NCBI RefSeq assembly: GCF_001194135.2
Contig: NC_068981.1
Span: 40,634,886-40,672,577 of the forward strand
Direction of reading: 5' to 3'
DNA: 37,692 bases
DNA from: Octopus bimaculoides
Lineage: Eukaryota
Positions 12,509-26,808 of this stretch are shown one piece after another. Every line of letters starts with the position of its first letter. Position 1 is the stretch's first letter. A program made the position numbers and the translations under genes. Under the pieces are notes generated by a model. It was not told the origin of the DNA and searched no databases. It worked only from the letters and a program-made list of their open reading frames with translations.

Positions 12509-14683
12509 TGTATGCATGCATGCATGCATGTATGTATGTAATTTATGTATATACGTGTGGTTGATATATGGAAAAGATAAATCATAAACTAAAAAAGAAT
12601 ACTTGTCTCCAGTGCCTCGTACTTCTCTATTGTACTTGTTTACAGTAAAAGAGATTGAGCCAGTGGATGATTGATAGCTTTGATCAAGACCCGTGCAATG
12701 TCAGTTAATAATGAACCATTATTTTTCTCGTTTTTTCTTTTTGACTTGTAAATAAGCAACCTATTAACTTTATCGTTATAATCTTCTTGAAAATAAGATG
12801 AGTGGAGTGAGTAAATTATTCAACTACTTCAATTTACAACTCTTTCGTTTATGAGCATGTGAACACGTCCAACACGGAATGAATATATCCAGTGATCTTT
12901 AAATTAGTTCAGCATATCATTCTGTACGCAATTCTGAAGAATCATATTCAACATATGTTATTAGAGTTAACCTGAATAGTAGGTGGAAAGTAAACCGCAG
13001 TTGCATGTATTATTACATGTTGTTGCAAAATTAATTGTACTTAATTAAGATTACATTATTGTAAATTAGAATAGTAAAAATGACTTGCTCACTCTATCTT
13101 TCTTATTTGTCATTATATATATATATAACGATATCTCCCACACAGTTTGCATTTTGATTCACAGGACATTTGTCAATTTGTCAGCACAAGGACTTTCCCA
13201 GCATGCGATGTCGTGGATTAAACCCCAGAACTACGTAACTGCAAGACACAGAGATAGACATCAAGTCTGCAGGAAAGTTACTAATGTTGAATGGAAATGA
13301 GAATGAGGAGGAAGAGCAGCAGCAGTAGGAGGAGAAGAGGACAGAGATGGAAATAACTTTCACGTGGTAAGAATATGAATGTATACTTACTATTGAATGC
13401 GTCGACATATTTCTTGAGATTTTCGAGAGAAATACCGCTGTATCCTTTAACAAGAACATTAATCCTCAAGGCCAACAGCATCCTGATTCTTTCAAGTGTT
13501 ATAGACTCACCAACACCTACAGTAAATAATAGTATATTTTAAAAAGACGTCTCATTATTTGTTAAATACATTGTCACGTGTGTATGTAGACGTATAATTG
13601 TCTCTAACATAAAGCAGTTATCCTCATTTAACGTCTGGCTTCCATGCAGGCTTGGATTGAATGGTTTGTTAGAGCCTGTCAAGTCAGAGGACTTCATCCA
13701 TGCACCAATGTCTACTTTGGCACGGTTTCTACGGTTGATGCTCTTCCTAAAACCAACTATTTTCAGAATGCTCCTAATGCTATTTTTGTGGCACCATCAC
13801 TAGCGATGATCGCTTCATAATTTTAAAAGTTTGTGGTTTAAAGAAGCCTCTATAACTGAGAGAGGACAGAAGAAAGAGTGAGAGATGCGGAGAAAAGTAG
13901 AGGTGTGATAGGCGGTAAGAATAGAGGATGGGGAAGTAGGCAGTAAACATGGAGGAGGATAAGATTAATGATAAGGATTGAGAAAAGGGGAAAGATAGAG
14001 CTGAAAAGGTGTTAAGGTAGAGTTGAATGGTACTCATTTTATCTACTCCAGAAGAATGAAAGGCAAGGTTACTTCCAGTGGGACTTCCAACGGGGTTTTA
14101 TTTCAGGATGTAAAGAAACGCTGGCTATTCACACCTTTCTGCATACACATAATGAATACACAAGGTAACGATGGAATCTCTATGCCATTATAGAAATGGC
14201 AGACAAATTTTCCCCATATTACATGTTAACGTCTTGAATGAAGAAAGGATTCCTTAGATAATAGAGTCCTACATAATACCCCCGCCATCCAAAAGAGTGG
14301 AATTACCATATGCTGAGGGGAGGGGTGACAAAGAGAAGGATAAAATGATTACATTACCTGCAGAATGGGATCTGATCAAATTTTCCTGTAATTCTCTGGA
14401 AGTACAAAATATATTCGACCGTTGGCAAAAGGCATTTTTTTGTTAAATTAATGAACAAAATGCGAGTGAATATATACCTGTGTAGTGAAAATGATTCATT
14501 CACAATAAGATGGTGCTGAATCGATTTCCCTAAACAGCACCCTTGGAGAAGGGACTGTTACTATCTTTGGTGGGATTTGAAATAAGAGTGCTTCATGGAA
14601 TTTTATCTGATTATATAAAGATTTTGCTAATTTACGACCTTATATTTCGAAATTTGAGTGAATGAGTGTGCATGCATGAGAGG

Positions 14684-14728
<45 letters not shown>

Positions 14729-15031
14729 NNNNNNNNNNNNNNNNNNNNNNNNNNNNNNNNNNNNNNNNNNNNNNNNNNNNNNNNNNNNNNNNNNNNNNNN
14801 NNNNNNNNNNNNNNNNNNNNNNNNNNNNNNNNNNNNNNNNNNNNNNNNNNNNNNNNNNNNNNNNNNNNNNNNNNNNNNNNNNNNNNNNNNNNNNNNNNNN
14901 NNNNNNNNNNNNNNNNNNNNNNNNNNNNNNNNNNNNNNNNNNNNNNNNNNNNNNNNNNNNNNNNNNNNNNNNNNNNNNNNNNNNNNNNNNNNNNNNNNNN
15001 NNNNNNNNNNNNNNNNNNNNNNNNNNNNNNN

Positions 15032-15089
<58 letters not shown>

Positions 15090-18000
15090 TGTGGGAAGAG
15101 TCATTGGCACTCCAGGTGAACTGGAAGAATGGACTAGCCGAACTCTCATAAAGAGTAGAGTTTGATAGTAGTCTCGCGAAGTACGTACATTGATTATACC
15201 CCCGCCGCGTAATTTATATATCCAACGTGTCTCAAGGATATCAAAGTGGTGAAGAGATATAGGAAACTTGCGTCGGACGTTTAATTTTTTTTTTTCTTTT
15301 TTTGTATGAAACCAAAGCAAAAAATCATTAACACGGTTGACTTGTTGCGTGGTACAGTTCCAGCAGCAGCAACAACAGCAATTACAACAACAATTACAAC
15401 AGCAGCAACAACAATACCAACAGTTACTGAAAGTAATGTTGAAGAAGTCTGAAAATACTTCAGGTTCGTTCTCGTCAGACAGCGTAGCAAATTCATTTGG
15501 AGAATTTATTCATAACCCAGAAGAAGGTACTATTTTTTCTGCATATTTTAGAAAACACGAAGAAATCTTCAAAGAAGAGTGTAAAAACTGGAATGACGAG
15601 AAGTTGCAACTGCTTTTAAGAAAGTTATCCCCTGCTGAACACGAAAAATACTGTAACTATATTCTACCAAAAAACCAGGTGAGTTTTGTTTCGATGAAAC
15701 AGTCAATCTGTTATCGAGAATTTTCAGTGAAAGAAGTTCTCTGTTCAATACTCATTGGCAATGTTTAAATTTAGTTTAAAAAAAGATGATGAAGATTTCG
15801 TCACCTATGCAGAGAGTGTGAAAAGTTCAAATTAAATGAATTAACCCCGGATTTGTTCAAATGTCTAATTGTTGTTCAAGGTTTAACAGCAAGAAAATAT
15901 GCTGATATATGTACCCGTATACTAACAAAATTAGAACAGGACCAAAAATTAACTCTACAGGCAGTAGCTGAAGAATGCCAGAGGATTATAAATTTAAGAT
16001 ATGACGCGGAAAAATTGAAGAGAAAGATTGCTCCCAGAAACATGTGTGTCGATTTGAAACGAATAAGAAAAAGAAAAACGATCGTCAAGACAAAATTCAT
16101 GCTATGGATGCAGAGGCTTACATTTTAAAAGCAATTGTCCTTTTAAAAATCGTAAATTCTAGAAAGAATGTATTGTTAAAAAAATTTCTAAGTGAGGATC
16201 AGAAAAAAAATTGTGTCCATAAAAATGAATAATATGAATATTAAGTTACAATTGGATACGGGCAGTGATATAACGATAATTAATACAGATACATGGAGAA
16301 AAATAGGGAAATCTGGATTAAAGGAAACTTCGAAAATTGCGCGAAATGTTTCAGGAAAAAAAAATTGCATTTCATGGGCGAAATGATACGTGGAAAAACC
16401 TTGAAAGCCAAAGTTTTTGTGTTGAAAAATACAACAAATTTATCGGAATGTTCAAAATTATTGACAATAAATACCCATAAAGGGCTGTATAAATTTAATC
16501 GATTTTCCTTTGGTATAAAGGTAGCACCTGGCATTTTCCAACAAATTATGGACATAATACACGCAGGTTCGGATTTCGCTGTAGTTTACCTTGAGAACAT
16601 ACTCATAAAAAGCAAATCTCAAGGTCAGCATGCTGAGCATGTTAAAAAGATATTCAAAAGAATAAAAGAGTATGGGTTTAAGCTCAGCGAGGAAAAGTGT
16701 GAATATTTTATGCCAAGAATAAAATATCTAGCGCAGATTATTAATGAAAATGGACGAAAACCAGACCCGTATAGAGCGAATGCAATAAAAAATATGCCTC
16801 CCCCAATGAACATTATAACGTTACAAGCACATTTGGGGGCTTGCAAATTACTACCAAGCATACATACCAAATATGCACGAGTTAAGGGCATCCCTGAATA
16901 ACTTATTTAAAAAAGTGGAACTGGTCGGAAAATGCCAAAAAGTTTTTGAAGAAATTAAAAATGTCTTAACGTCGGAATTGTCGTTATTCAATTTTGACCC
17001 AAATTTAGAAATAGTAGCGAAAGCAGCAGATGCTAGTGAAAGTGGTATTGGAACTGTGATTTTACACAAGTATGAAGATGGTAGCCTGAAAACAGTAGCT
17101 CATTCTTCACGTTTATTATTGCCGGCTGAGAAAAGCTACAGTCAAATAGAGAAAGTGGCATTAGCCAACCTATTTGCCGTAAAAAAGAATTCCATAAATT
17201 TATATATGGAAGAAGGTTCCGGCTGCAGACAGGCCACTTCCCGTTATTGTCGATCTATTGATCAAAAATGGATATCCCCACTCATACAGCCAACAGATTG
17301 CAGCGCTGGGGGACGATCCTACTGAATTACGACTTCAAGATGGAGTATTTGCTATCGAAAAGATTGGGACATGCAGATGGTTTGTCAAGATTAATACCAA
17401 AATACAGTGAACCGCTAGAAGACATAATGATAGCGGCGTTAAAAGCCGAAAATGAAATAAAAAATATATTGTGCAATGTTGTGCGTGAATTTTCTGTGAC
17501 ATTGGAGGAAATAAAAATCAAGGCAGAGACAGATGAGTTTATCATAAAAAGGAAAAAAAAATAATGAGCTCAGAAGAAACAAATAAAAAATACGTATGGC
17601 AGGACATTAAACAGTTTCGAATTTGTATTCGATATGTGATAATGCTCTTATGTATGCACAGAGGGTCTTAATACCTACCGCGCTACAAGGTCGAATGTTA
17701 AAGGAATTTCACACAAGACAACCAGGAATTTCTAGAATGAAGTCACTTATGAGGAGTTATGTATACTGGCCAAAAATGGATCAGGATATCGAGAGGTTGG
17801 TAAAATCTCGCAAAGGCTGAGCTCTTACAACGAAATCACTACCTATAAAATTTCAACCTTAGCCCAAGACCCTGGGTTTCCTGACCGAAATATTAATTTA
17901 TTTCGTCATTTATCATGTTGGTAAAAACAAGACAGTTTAGTAACTGTATTCGATGTAATTGAGGTTTGAACGAGCACACGTATTTAGAAAAAGGCGGAGA

Positions 18001-21000
18001 GCAATTAAGGGGTGATAAATAACTACATAGAAGATATAACAAGTATTTTACGAGTGTTTAAAAAATTACATAAACCAATACTGAAATGGATTATCAGGAA
18101 TCTGCTGGTTTTTATTCTTAATCCTGCATTTACCTGCATCCGTGTCACTTTCATGCATCCAGTATTTTTGTTATTTTTTGTAACTGTGTTGAAAAAATAC
18201 TCCATTCAAAGTGAGAGCTAATATCCCGAGTTATTGGTCCAACATAGACTACTTTGGTTATCTATTTTACTGTTATTTCGAGGCTTTCTGGCAACATAAC
18301 CATGAATAATCTTCTCTTGATATGCATACAGAAATACATCTGATGTTCTGTTGCAGAAGTGTTGTACAACTCTGGTTGCGAAAGGATGTGCTGCTCAGGT
18401 ACCTGGGATTTGAGCAAACCGAAAAGATGCTACCATCCATTTCATTTCACAGTTTTGTTAATGAATAGTGTTCAATACTCCAACAAACTCCTTTCCTCAC
18501 AATTTGTTCAGCTGTGATGATATTATTAATATCTCAGTAATTTTGAGGTGGGATATAGCTTCACTCAGATTGTATACATTTTATATATTAGATTCCAGTA
18601 TGCAATTGGCCAGGGGTTTTTATCCATGAAAACGGCAGTGTTTTAGGCTATCACTTTAATTTTGCAAGCGCTACCCAGCTTGGTTTGTTTACATCACTGT
18701 TGAGTGCTTGTTGGTAAAAGTCAATATTTCCGATAGAAGGTCAGCTGATTTCATTAGTACCCGAGAAACAAGTCTCTTTCAGATGCTTTCTTATCCCGAC
18801 ATTTTTAAATGATGGTGTATCCCCATTGATGGTGCATATTTTTGATGGGCAATAAGGACAATACTTATAAGGGCAATCCTTGTTTCAGAATTCATTTCCA
18901 TTTTTGGCTACCATGCCTCCTGATTAAAGTCTTTTTCTTCACTTCAGTTGTTTTTTTTTTTAACGAATCTGTATCTTCCTCAGAAGCCTCTTTGCGTTTA
19001 TTTTCACCTTATATCTCTGTGAACTTCTGATTGATTCCAATTAAATTCCTTGTTAATTACTTTTCGTTCAACTCAACTACCATCTCCTTTGGTGCTGGAT
19101 TTTTTACTAGAGGTTTTAACTCTGGTCTATGAGTTCTTACTTTGTGGTCAACTATTTTCTTTTTACTGTCCCCAAGCATTGTTTTTGTTTTATCGTCTAT
19201 TCTTAATTGACGTGGAATGTAGTTATTTGTTTGTTCCCTTGTGCTAAGCAGTTCCACATAATCAATAGTCTACTGCAGAAGACTATTTTCCCCCCAATTT
19301 TCCAAATTTATATGGACATTTATTTTAATTGTTTTGCTTTCCTCCAATTCAGTGCCTCCAATCCGTTGCATTGTAGTTAAGTGTTAATTTGCCAAAGTGA
19401 GAGGACATTGTAGTGTTGTAAATATTCACCATCAAGCTCGTTAATCACTTATTTTGGAAGAAATGCTCACATCTGCAGGGCATCTGCTGACTTCTATGAC
19501 TACACATAATTTTTCGTCCCTGTCCCAAACTACTATATCAGGCACATTATGTTTTCACTTGGCAGAAGTTTTGATGAGCCTGTTTTACCAATATAATATG
19601 TGTCCTAGAACTGATGCGTTAGTTGTGTTTAGCCCAGAACAGTCTTTCTTACGAATGACATCATTGTGTTAGCAACATCATATTACAATGGGAAGTATGA
19701 ACTCGATTGCATTTTGGGGAAACTGCTATAACCTATATATCTTTGACAGAAGTGTAACGCAAGCACCATTTTCGTTTGCATCTTAGGAATTTAAGTTATC
19801 TCCTGTTCTTGGATTGCAAAAGATTAATCATCAAAATGTATTGTGATGTAATTGTCTGCAGTTCAAGAGAAGCTATACCTCATGTTAATATATTCTTTGG
19901 TTACTATTTATTCACAACAACTTAATATTATTATGTATTTTTAGATATATTTGGAGCACTCATTATGCAGAACAGAGGGAATAAACAAACCATTATTGCA
20001 AAGTTTTGCGGTTTGAGAAGTAGTTTTACAGCGTTCCACTGTCAAATATAAATATTTTTTGACCAAACTCCATCTCTATATCAGCAGAAAATCTAGATGT
20101 TTCTCAGCATTGTAAATGTTTCAAGGTGAATTTTTAAATCTCCACAAAGTTAAGGGATGCACTAGTATCTCTTACTCTTTTAAACCCTACATAACCAGTG
20201 ACTTGAGTTTTTTGTAAAAGTAATAACTGAGTTTAAAGACAAAATACATAGAAGTACTTACTGACTGTTTCCTTGGAATATTTCTTTTGACTTATAAAAT
20301 CGGAGACAATCGTTTCGATTTCAGTTGCATGTTAAAGAGTGTTGGCCTGGTCTTTGCGAGCTTTTTAATGGTATCAACTAAAGCAAGCAGCCATGTGTCT
20401 GGAATAGATTCTAATATCTTTCTGTAATCAAGCCGTAATGTTTCTACATACTTTCTTTCATCAGACTGTACAGCATTATTTACCGAAAGTTTTTCGGCAC
20501 ATCTCACACTCGCTCCTTTCCATCTACTTACCCATCAGTCTTTATATTGTTTGACTTGAAGTAGTCTTGTACTAGCGTCAGCATCCAACTATTGGGTTTC
20601 TTCTTGATGTTTATTTTCTCCCATTATGCAGCTTTAAATACAGTATTGTAGAGAATGTTAACGTCGACTGTGTAAGTTTTATTGTTGTATTATTTCTTGA
20701 CAGTAACAAGTCACGATGCATTCTGATTAAAATCTTTCCTTTCTTTCCATCTCTAAGACCACAACAATTTAACATCTCCACGAGAAGGGCACATTTTATT
20801 AAGATTTTTTTTCTTCATTCTCTTGTAATTCAGCTTGTAGATTAGAAGCAAACTTGTGATTAATACTGGGTCATCCGAAAATATTTTTTCAATAACGGAA
20901 TTTTTCACTCAGCATCCTGAATGCATTTTTAAAGTTATAATATATGAGATATATTTTGATGAATGGATGGATGGATGGATGAATGGACAACTAATTATAT

Positions 21001-21131
21001 TTTTAACGCATATTTACGGAGGAGGGTAGCGCAATTGTTCAAATTTTTAGAGTCTATGAGAATGGTAAGAGTAAGGGGGGAAAGGATCTTCAACCTAGAG
21101 ACCTGATCCGGATGCTTGCTTGAGAGTGAAG

Positions 21132-21181
<50 letters not shown>

Positions 21182-22129
21182 CATAGTGCATGCATACATT
21201 CATACATACATACATACATACATACAAACATGCATACATACACACATGCATATATAGACACATACATACATGCTTGCGCATATGTACGCATACATACGGA
21301 CATGAACAACCTAGAAATGCAGGAGAGGACAAGGAATGAGTACTTTGAAAGAGTTTTAAAAATATGGTCGTCTGGGCTCCCAGCTTACAAGCCTATCACC
21401 TGCAATACCTTTCCAGCGTCTGTCCTCACGCGCACATTTGGCCTAAACTGATCACTACATGAATTCAATGACGTAGCTGTACGATCTCACAAATTGCTTA
21501 GTGTTACAGGATACTTCAGCATCAATGGAGATGAAGGCAAGCTATCCTCCCATTTTAGGATGGTGGCCGTAGTCTTAAATTTGTATTGTGACACTGAAGC
21601 AACATTTTTGGTAGGTAAAAGAAGCCAGTAACTATCTAGCCTAAGATGATTAAGTAGATAATGGATTTGAGGAGAGGCGTGAAATAAGAGCTGATACAGG
21701 TCTCTTCCCAAGAAACATTTGTAATTTTAATTTATCAAAAGAACAAAATAAATAAAATGAACTATTTCTCTGAGAAAGTAATACATGGTATTTGGCACAA
21801 AAGATACAAGCCATAGAAAGAATAGATCATATCAAAAACTTAACATGGAATACCGACAAGTTTATGACATCTCACTTTGAAGGCTGTCTCCACGTAATTC
21901 AAGAATAAGAGACCCCTACCAAGTACCTGCGGCATGAAAGGTAGACTGTGCAAAACCAAGATTGAAGACAACAAACATATTCAGTTCTTTACATTATTTA
22001 TATTTGACGGATATTTGTCCTCATCTTGTTAGTTGTTAACAACGTTTCGGCTGATATACCCTCCCCGTATTCATCAGATGTCTTGGGGAAATTTCGAACC
22101 TGGGTTCTCATTCCTAAGGTATTTTTCGA

Positions 22130-22173
<44 letters not shown>

Positions 22174-22318
22174 TCACTGCCTGGAATCGAACTCGGAATC
22201 TTGGGGTTAGTAGCCCGCGCTCTTAACCACTACGCCCACGGGCATATGGCGTAGGGGTTAAGAGCGTGGACTACTAACCTCAAGATTCCTAGTTCGATTC
22301 CAGGTAGTGACCTGATTA

Positions 22319-22349
<31 letters not shown>

Positions 22350-23030
22350 NNNNNNNNNNNNNNNNNNNNNNNNNNNNNNNNNNNNNNNNNNNNNNNNNNN
22401 NNNNNNNNNNNNNNNNNNNNNNNNNNNNNNNNNNNNNNNNNNNNNNNNNNNNNNNNNNNNNNNNNNNNNNNNNNNNNNNNNNNNNNNNNNNNNNNNNNNN
22501 NNNNNNNNNNNNNNNNNNNNNNNNNNNNNNNNNNNNNNNNNNNNNNNNNNNNNNNNNNNNNNNNNNNNNNNNNNNNNNNNNNNNNNNNNNNNNNNNNNNN
22601 NNNNNNNNNNNNNNNNNNNNNNNNNNNNNNNNNNNNNNNNNNNNNNNNNNNNNNNNNNNNNNNNNNNNNNNNNNNNNNNNNNNNNNNNNNNNNNNNNNNN
22701 NNNNNNNNNNNNNNNNNNNNNNNNNNNNNNNNNNNNNNNNNNNNNNNNNNNNNNNNNNNNNNNNNNNNNNNNNNNNNNNNNNNNNNNNNNNNNNNNNNNN
22801 NNNNNNNNNNNNNNNNNNNNNNNNNNNNNNNNNNNNNNNNNNNNNNNNNNNNNNNNNNNNNNNNNNNNNNNNNNNNNNNNNNNNNNNNNNNNNNNNNNNN
22901 NNNNNNNNNNNNNNNNNNNNNNNNNNNNNNNNNNNNNNNNNNNNNNNNNNNNNNNNNNNNNNNNNNNNNNNNNNNNNNNNNNNNNNNNNNNNNNGTAGTG
23001 AAGTGAAAGCACGTTATAAAAATAAAACTA

Positions 23031-23125
<95 letters not shown>

Positions 23126-24143
23126 CAACAACAACAACGAAAAATACCTTAGGAATGAGAACTCAGGTGACAAGTCAAAATTAATTCTGACTAAAAAATA
23201 GAAAAAGAAAACATACATACATACATACATACATACATACATACATACACACACGCACTTTGGATCTAGGTTAAAAACTGTCTCTTTATTGGCTAGAAAT
23301 TTTGAAATAAAACTGAACAATGACATATATACACACACACATACACACATACGTACATGCATGCATAGGTACATGTGTACATATTACTTTATTTGTTTCA
23401 CTCGTTGGACTGAGGTGCTGGGTCACTACTTAAAAGGTTTTAGACGACGAAATAGGTTCTTGTACCTATTTTAACCCTGGCACTTATATCGTTCGCCTCT
23501 TTTTTTCCTAAGGAACAGACACGTAAGCAAATCAGCAACAATATATCAAGCAGTGAGAAACAAAATACGCGCTGTCTTCTGCACGGTTTCTGTATACCAA
23601 ATTTAACAAGTAGGCATTAGTCGGCTTTATTATACGACATTTGTCCAAAATGTGGCGCTGTGTGACTAAACCCGAAATCTCGAAGTTGCGAAGTAAAATC
23701 CACACAGCTATGTATGTGTGTATGTGTATGCATTGAGTGTCTGTGTGTGTGGTGGGGTGCTCTAGACCTGAGTCCAGATTCTGTCCAGTACAGGTATTAT
23801 TTAGTCAACATCACTGTAGCCATTCTAAACTTGCTAATGTCTGCACAACAAAGATATCTTCTGCCCAACATAATTATGACATTCTCCATGCAGAAATACT
23901 TGATTCATATATTCACTATGACGGATTCTTCCATCGAAGACGTCGTATGAATGTTCAGCTTTTGCCGAACAACCTGTACAAATGATTTGTTTATAGTGAT
24001 GCAATGCATGTGTTGTACATTATCTCACACCTTCTATCAAATCGATGTTGCCTGAAAAGGTGCACGGTGAACTACGCGTCATGTGTCGAAGTGATCGCAG
24101 AGCAACGCGAGATGAAGTGTTTTGCTCAACAAGNNNNNNNNNN

Positions 24144-24177
<34 letters not shown>

Positions 24178-24683
24178 GTGTGTGTGTGTGTTTGTAAGAT
24201 CGTGAGTGCAGCACTCTAACCACTAGGCCATGTGCCCTCACATATTCATTATACCTAACATCATAATAGTAAAAAGAAAGGCTGCTAGCAAACGAAAGAC
24301 CCGCTATGTGCTCGGTCGACCTGTAAGAAATAGTGGCAAAATCTTCTCCAAATGAATCTCACCGTCTTCCAAGATAGGATACATTGGATAATGTAGTCCT
24401 AGATTCTCCTAAATATGGACTGTGTTATCTGGAACGGTTTTGAACAAGGCTGACCTGAAGATAAATATCAAAAACAAGAAAATAAAACTGAAACATAAGA
24501 CATATACTTACGCAAGTTGATTTGGAGGAATAATGGTCCGGGCAAAGTTGCCAAATCCTGTGGTGACGCCATACGCAACTATTAAGATAAATAAACAAGA
24601 ACGAAATAGAGTACTAATTTACACAAACAGCAGCTCCATCTGTATACTAGCCACTGTTGATTTTGTGTGTATGTGTGTTTACA

Positions 24684-24735
<52 letters not shown>

Positions 24736-24738
24736 CAC

Positions 24739-24796
<58 letters not shown>

Positions 24797-26736
24797 GTGT
24801 GTGTGTGTGTTTGTAAGATCCAAGGATCGAGGTGTAGGAAGAAAGTTAGCTTCAAGCAACTTACAAGGACAATAGTGGTCTATTGAGACAGAAAGTTGTA
24901 GATATTTTCGTATCGAAGTACGATAGACTGAAAAAAGTTCTTTTTATATTTCACGGTAGGTGACGAGGTTTGTCGGGTATGCGAATAAGAATACAAGAGT
25001 TAAGGAATGCAGTAGATAAGATCCGAGCAGCATATGTCTCATAGAGTACGGAACTTCGGAAGTGGTAAATATCCGAGCTAGGTGTATACTGCAGGCTACT
25101 CGTCAGGCCAAGAGTATCTTGATTAAATGAAAGTGTATATTGTCGCAAGGAGGAACCTAGCTGGCTGAGCTAAATTTCATTGAACCGAATCAAACTTTTA
25201 AATAACAATATATAGAATTTTCCCTTGAGAAAAGATACTTAGTCAAAGAGAACAGATTTGGGATAGTAATAAAGAGTTGAAACAGCGTATCATAGCAGCA
25301 GCAGGCAAGCTCTCCAGATATTAGAAATGAATAGATAAGTTTCAACTGAATAGATTATGTGAGACAGACCAGAGGAGATTTTATAACCAAATAAATAGTG
25401 GAGAACGAAGTACTGAAGATGGGAAACCTAATGAAGAAAAAGCTAGAAAGTTTTGGAGTAATATTTGGGATAAGCCAGTCAATCAGAATGGAGATCTATT
25501 ATGGTTAAAGTAAGTGAGGGAAAAAGTAGTGACTGAGAAGCAGCCAGATCTAAGACTAGCTAGTGCATTAATGAGTAAAGTGTTCGGAAAAATGCCGAAT
25601 TGGAAGGGCCCAGGGCCAGATTTAGTTCAAGGGAACTGGCTAAAGAAATTTAGTAGTTTACATAGGAGGCTGAGGGGACAACTGCAGGATTGCCTTAATG
25701 GAGGAATAATACCAGATTGGGTGACTAGAGAGAGAACAATACTCCTTATGAAAGATAAGAGCAAAGGTAACATAGCTAGCAACTACAGACCAATCACTTG
25801 CTTACCATTAATGTGGAAACAGTTAAGAGGAATGCAATCAGAAAGCATTTACATGCACCTTGACAACCAGAATTTACGGCCAGAACAGAAAGGTTGCAGG
25901 AAGAAGGCTAGAGGAACACATGATCTATTATACATAGATAAAGTAGTTCTAAATGAAGTAAAAGCTAGAAAGAAAAATCTAACAACACCATGGGTAGATT
26001 ATAGGAAAACCTATGACATGATCCTACACTTATGGATAAGTGAATGTTTGAGTATATTCAGTACAGTAAGACAACATAAGAGAATTAATTAGCTTTAGCA
26101 TGAAGAAATGGAGAGTAGATCTTTACTCAGGTGACACAGTCTTAGGGAATGTTAATATCAAGAAAGGAATTTTCCAGAGGGACTCGTTGACCCCTTCACT
26201 ATTTGTCTTATGTTTGATCCCCCTCAATTTAATATTATGGAAGACAAAGGCTGGGTATCAGAAATAGTAAGGGAAAAAATTAACCATTTGCTCTACAGAT
26301 GATCTGAAGTTTTTTAGTAAGAATGAAAAAGAGAAAGATTCCTCAATAGAAGCTAGAAGGTCTGATTTAGTAATAGATAAAAAGAATAGAAAATGCCAGA
26401 TAATTGACTTTACAGTCCCAAATGATGAAAAAATCAATATGAGAAGTATAGAAAAGATAGCAAAGTATCAGGACCAAACAGAGACTATGGAAAGTGCGAG
26501 TAAAATGTATCCCAGTAGTTATAGGTGCATTGGGAACTATCCCTAAAGATCTGAACTGATGGATAGAGGAAATAGGCATAAAACCCAGTTTAGTACAGCT
26601 CCAGAAAACAGTGTTATTAGGGACAGCTAGGATACTCAGGCGGGTCTTTGGCATGTAAGGTTACTTGATGCAGCCCGACGTTAGGATTTTTCTTTTCCAC
26701 CAGTCTATCTGATGTATGTATATGAAAATAATGATG

Positions 26737-26808
<72 letters not shown>

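Noticed and set aside
17990-18240. 3' LTR of the Gypsy element after a purine-rich stretch
   Set aside because: No similarity to 15088-15260, so no LTR pair can be supported.
22170-22314. tRNA genes (also 36716-36790, 24198-24240, 3655-3720)
   Set aside because: They are tRNA-like heads fused to SINE bodies, without a complete cloverleaf or acceptor stem.
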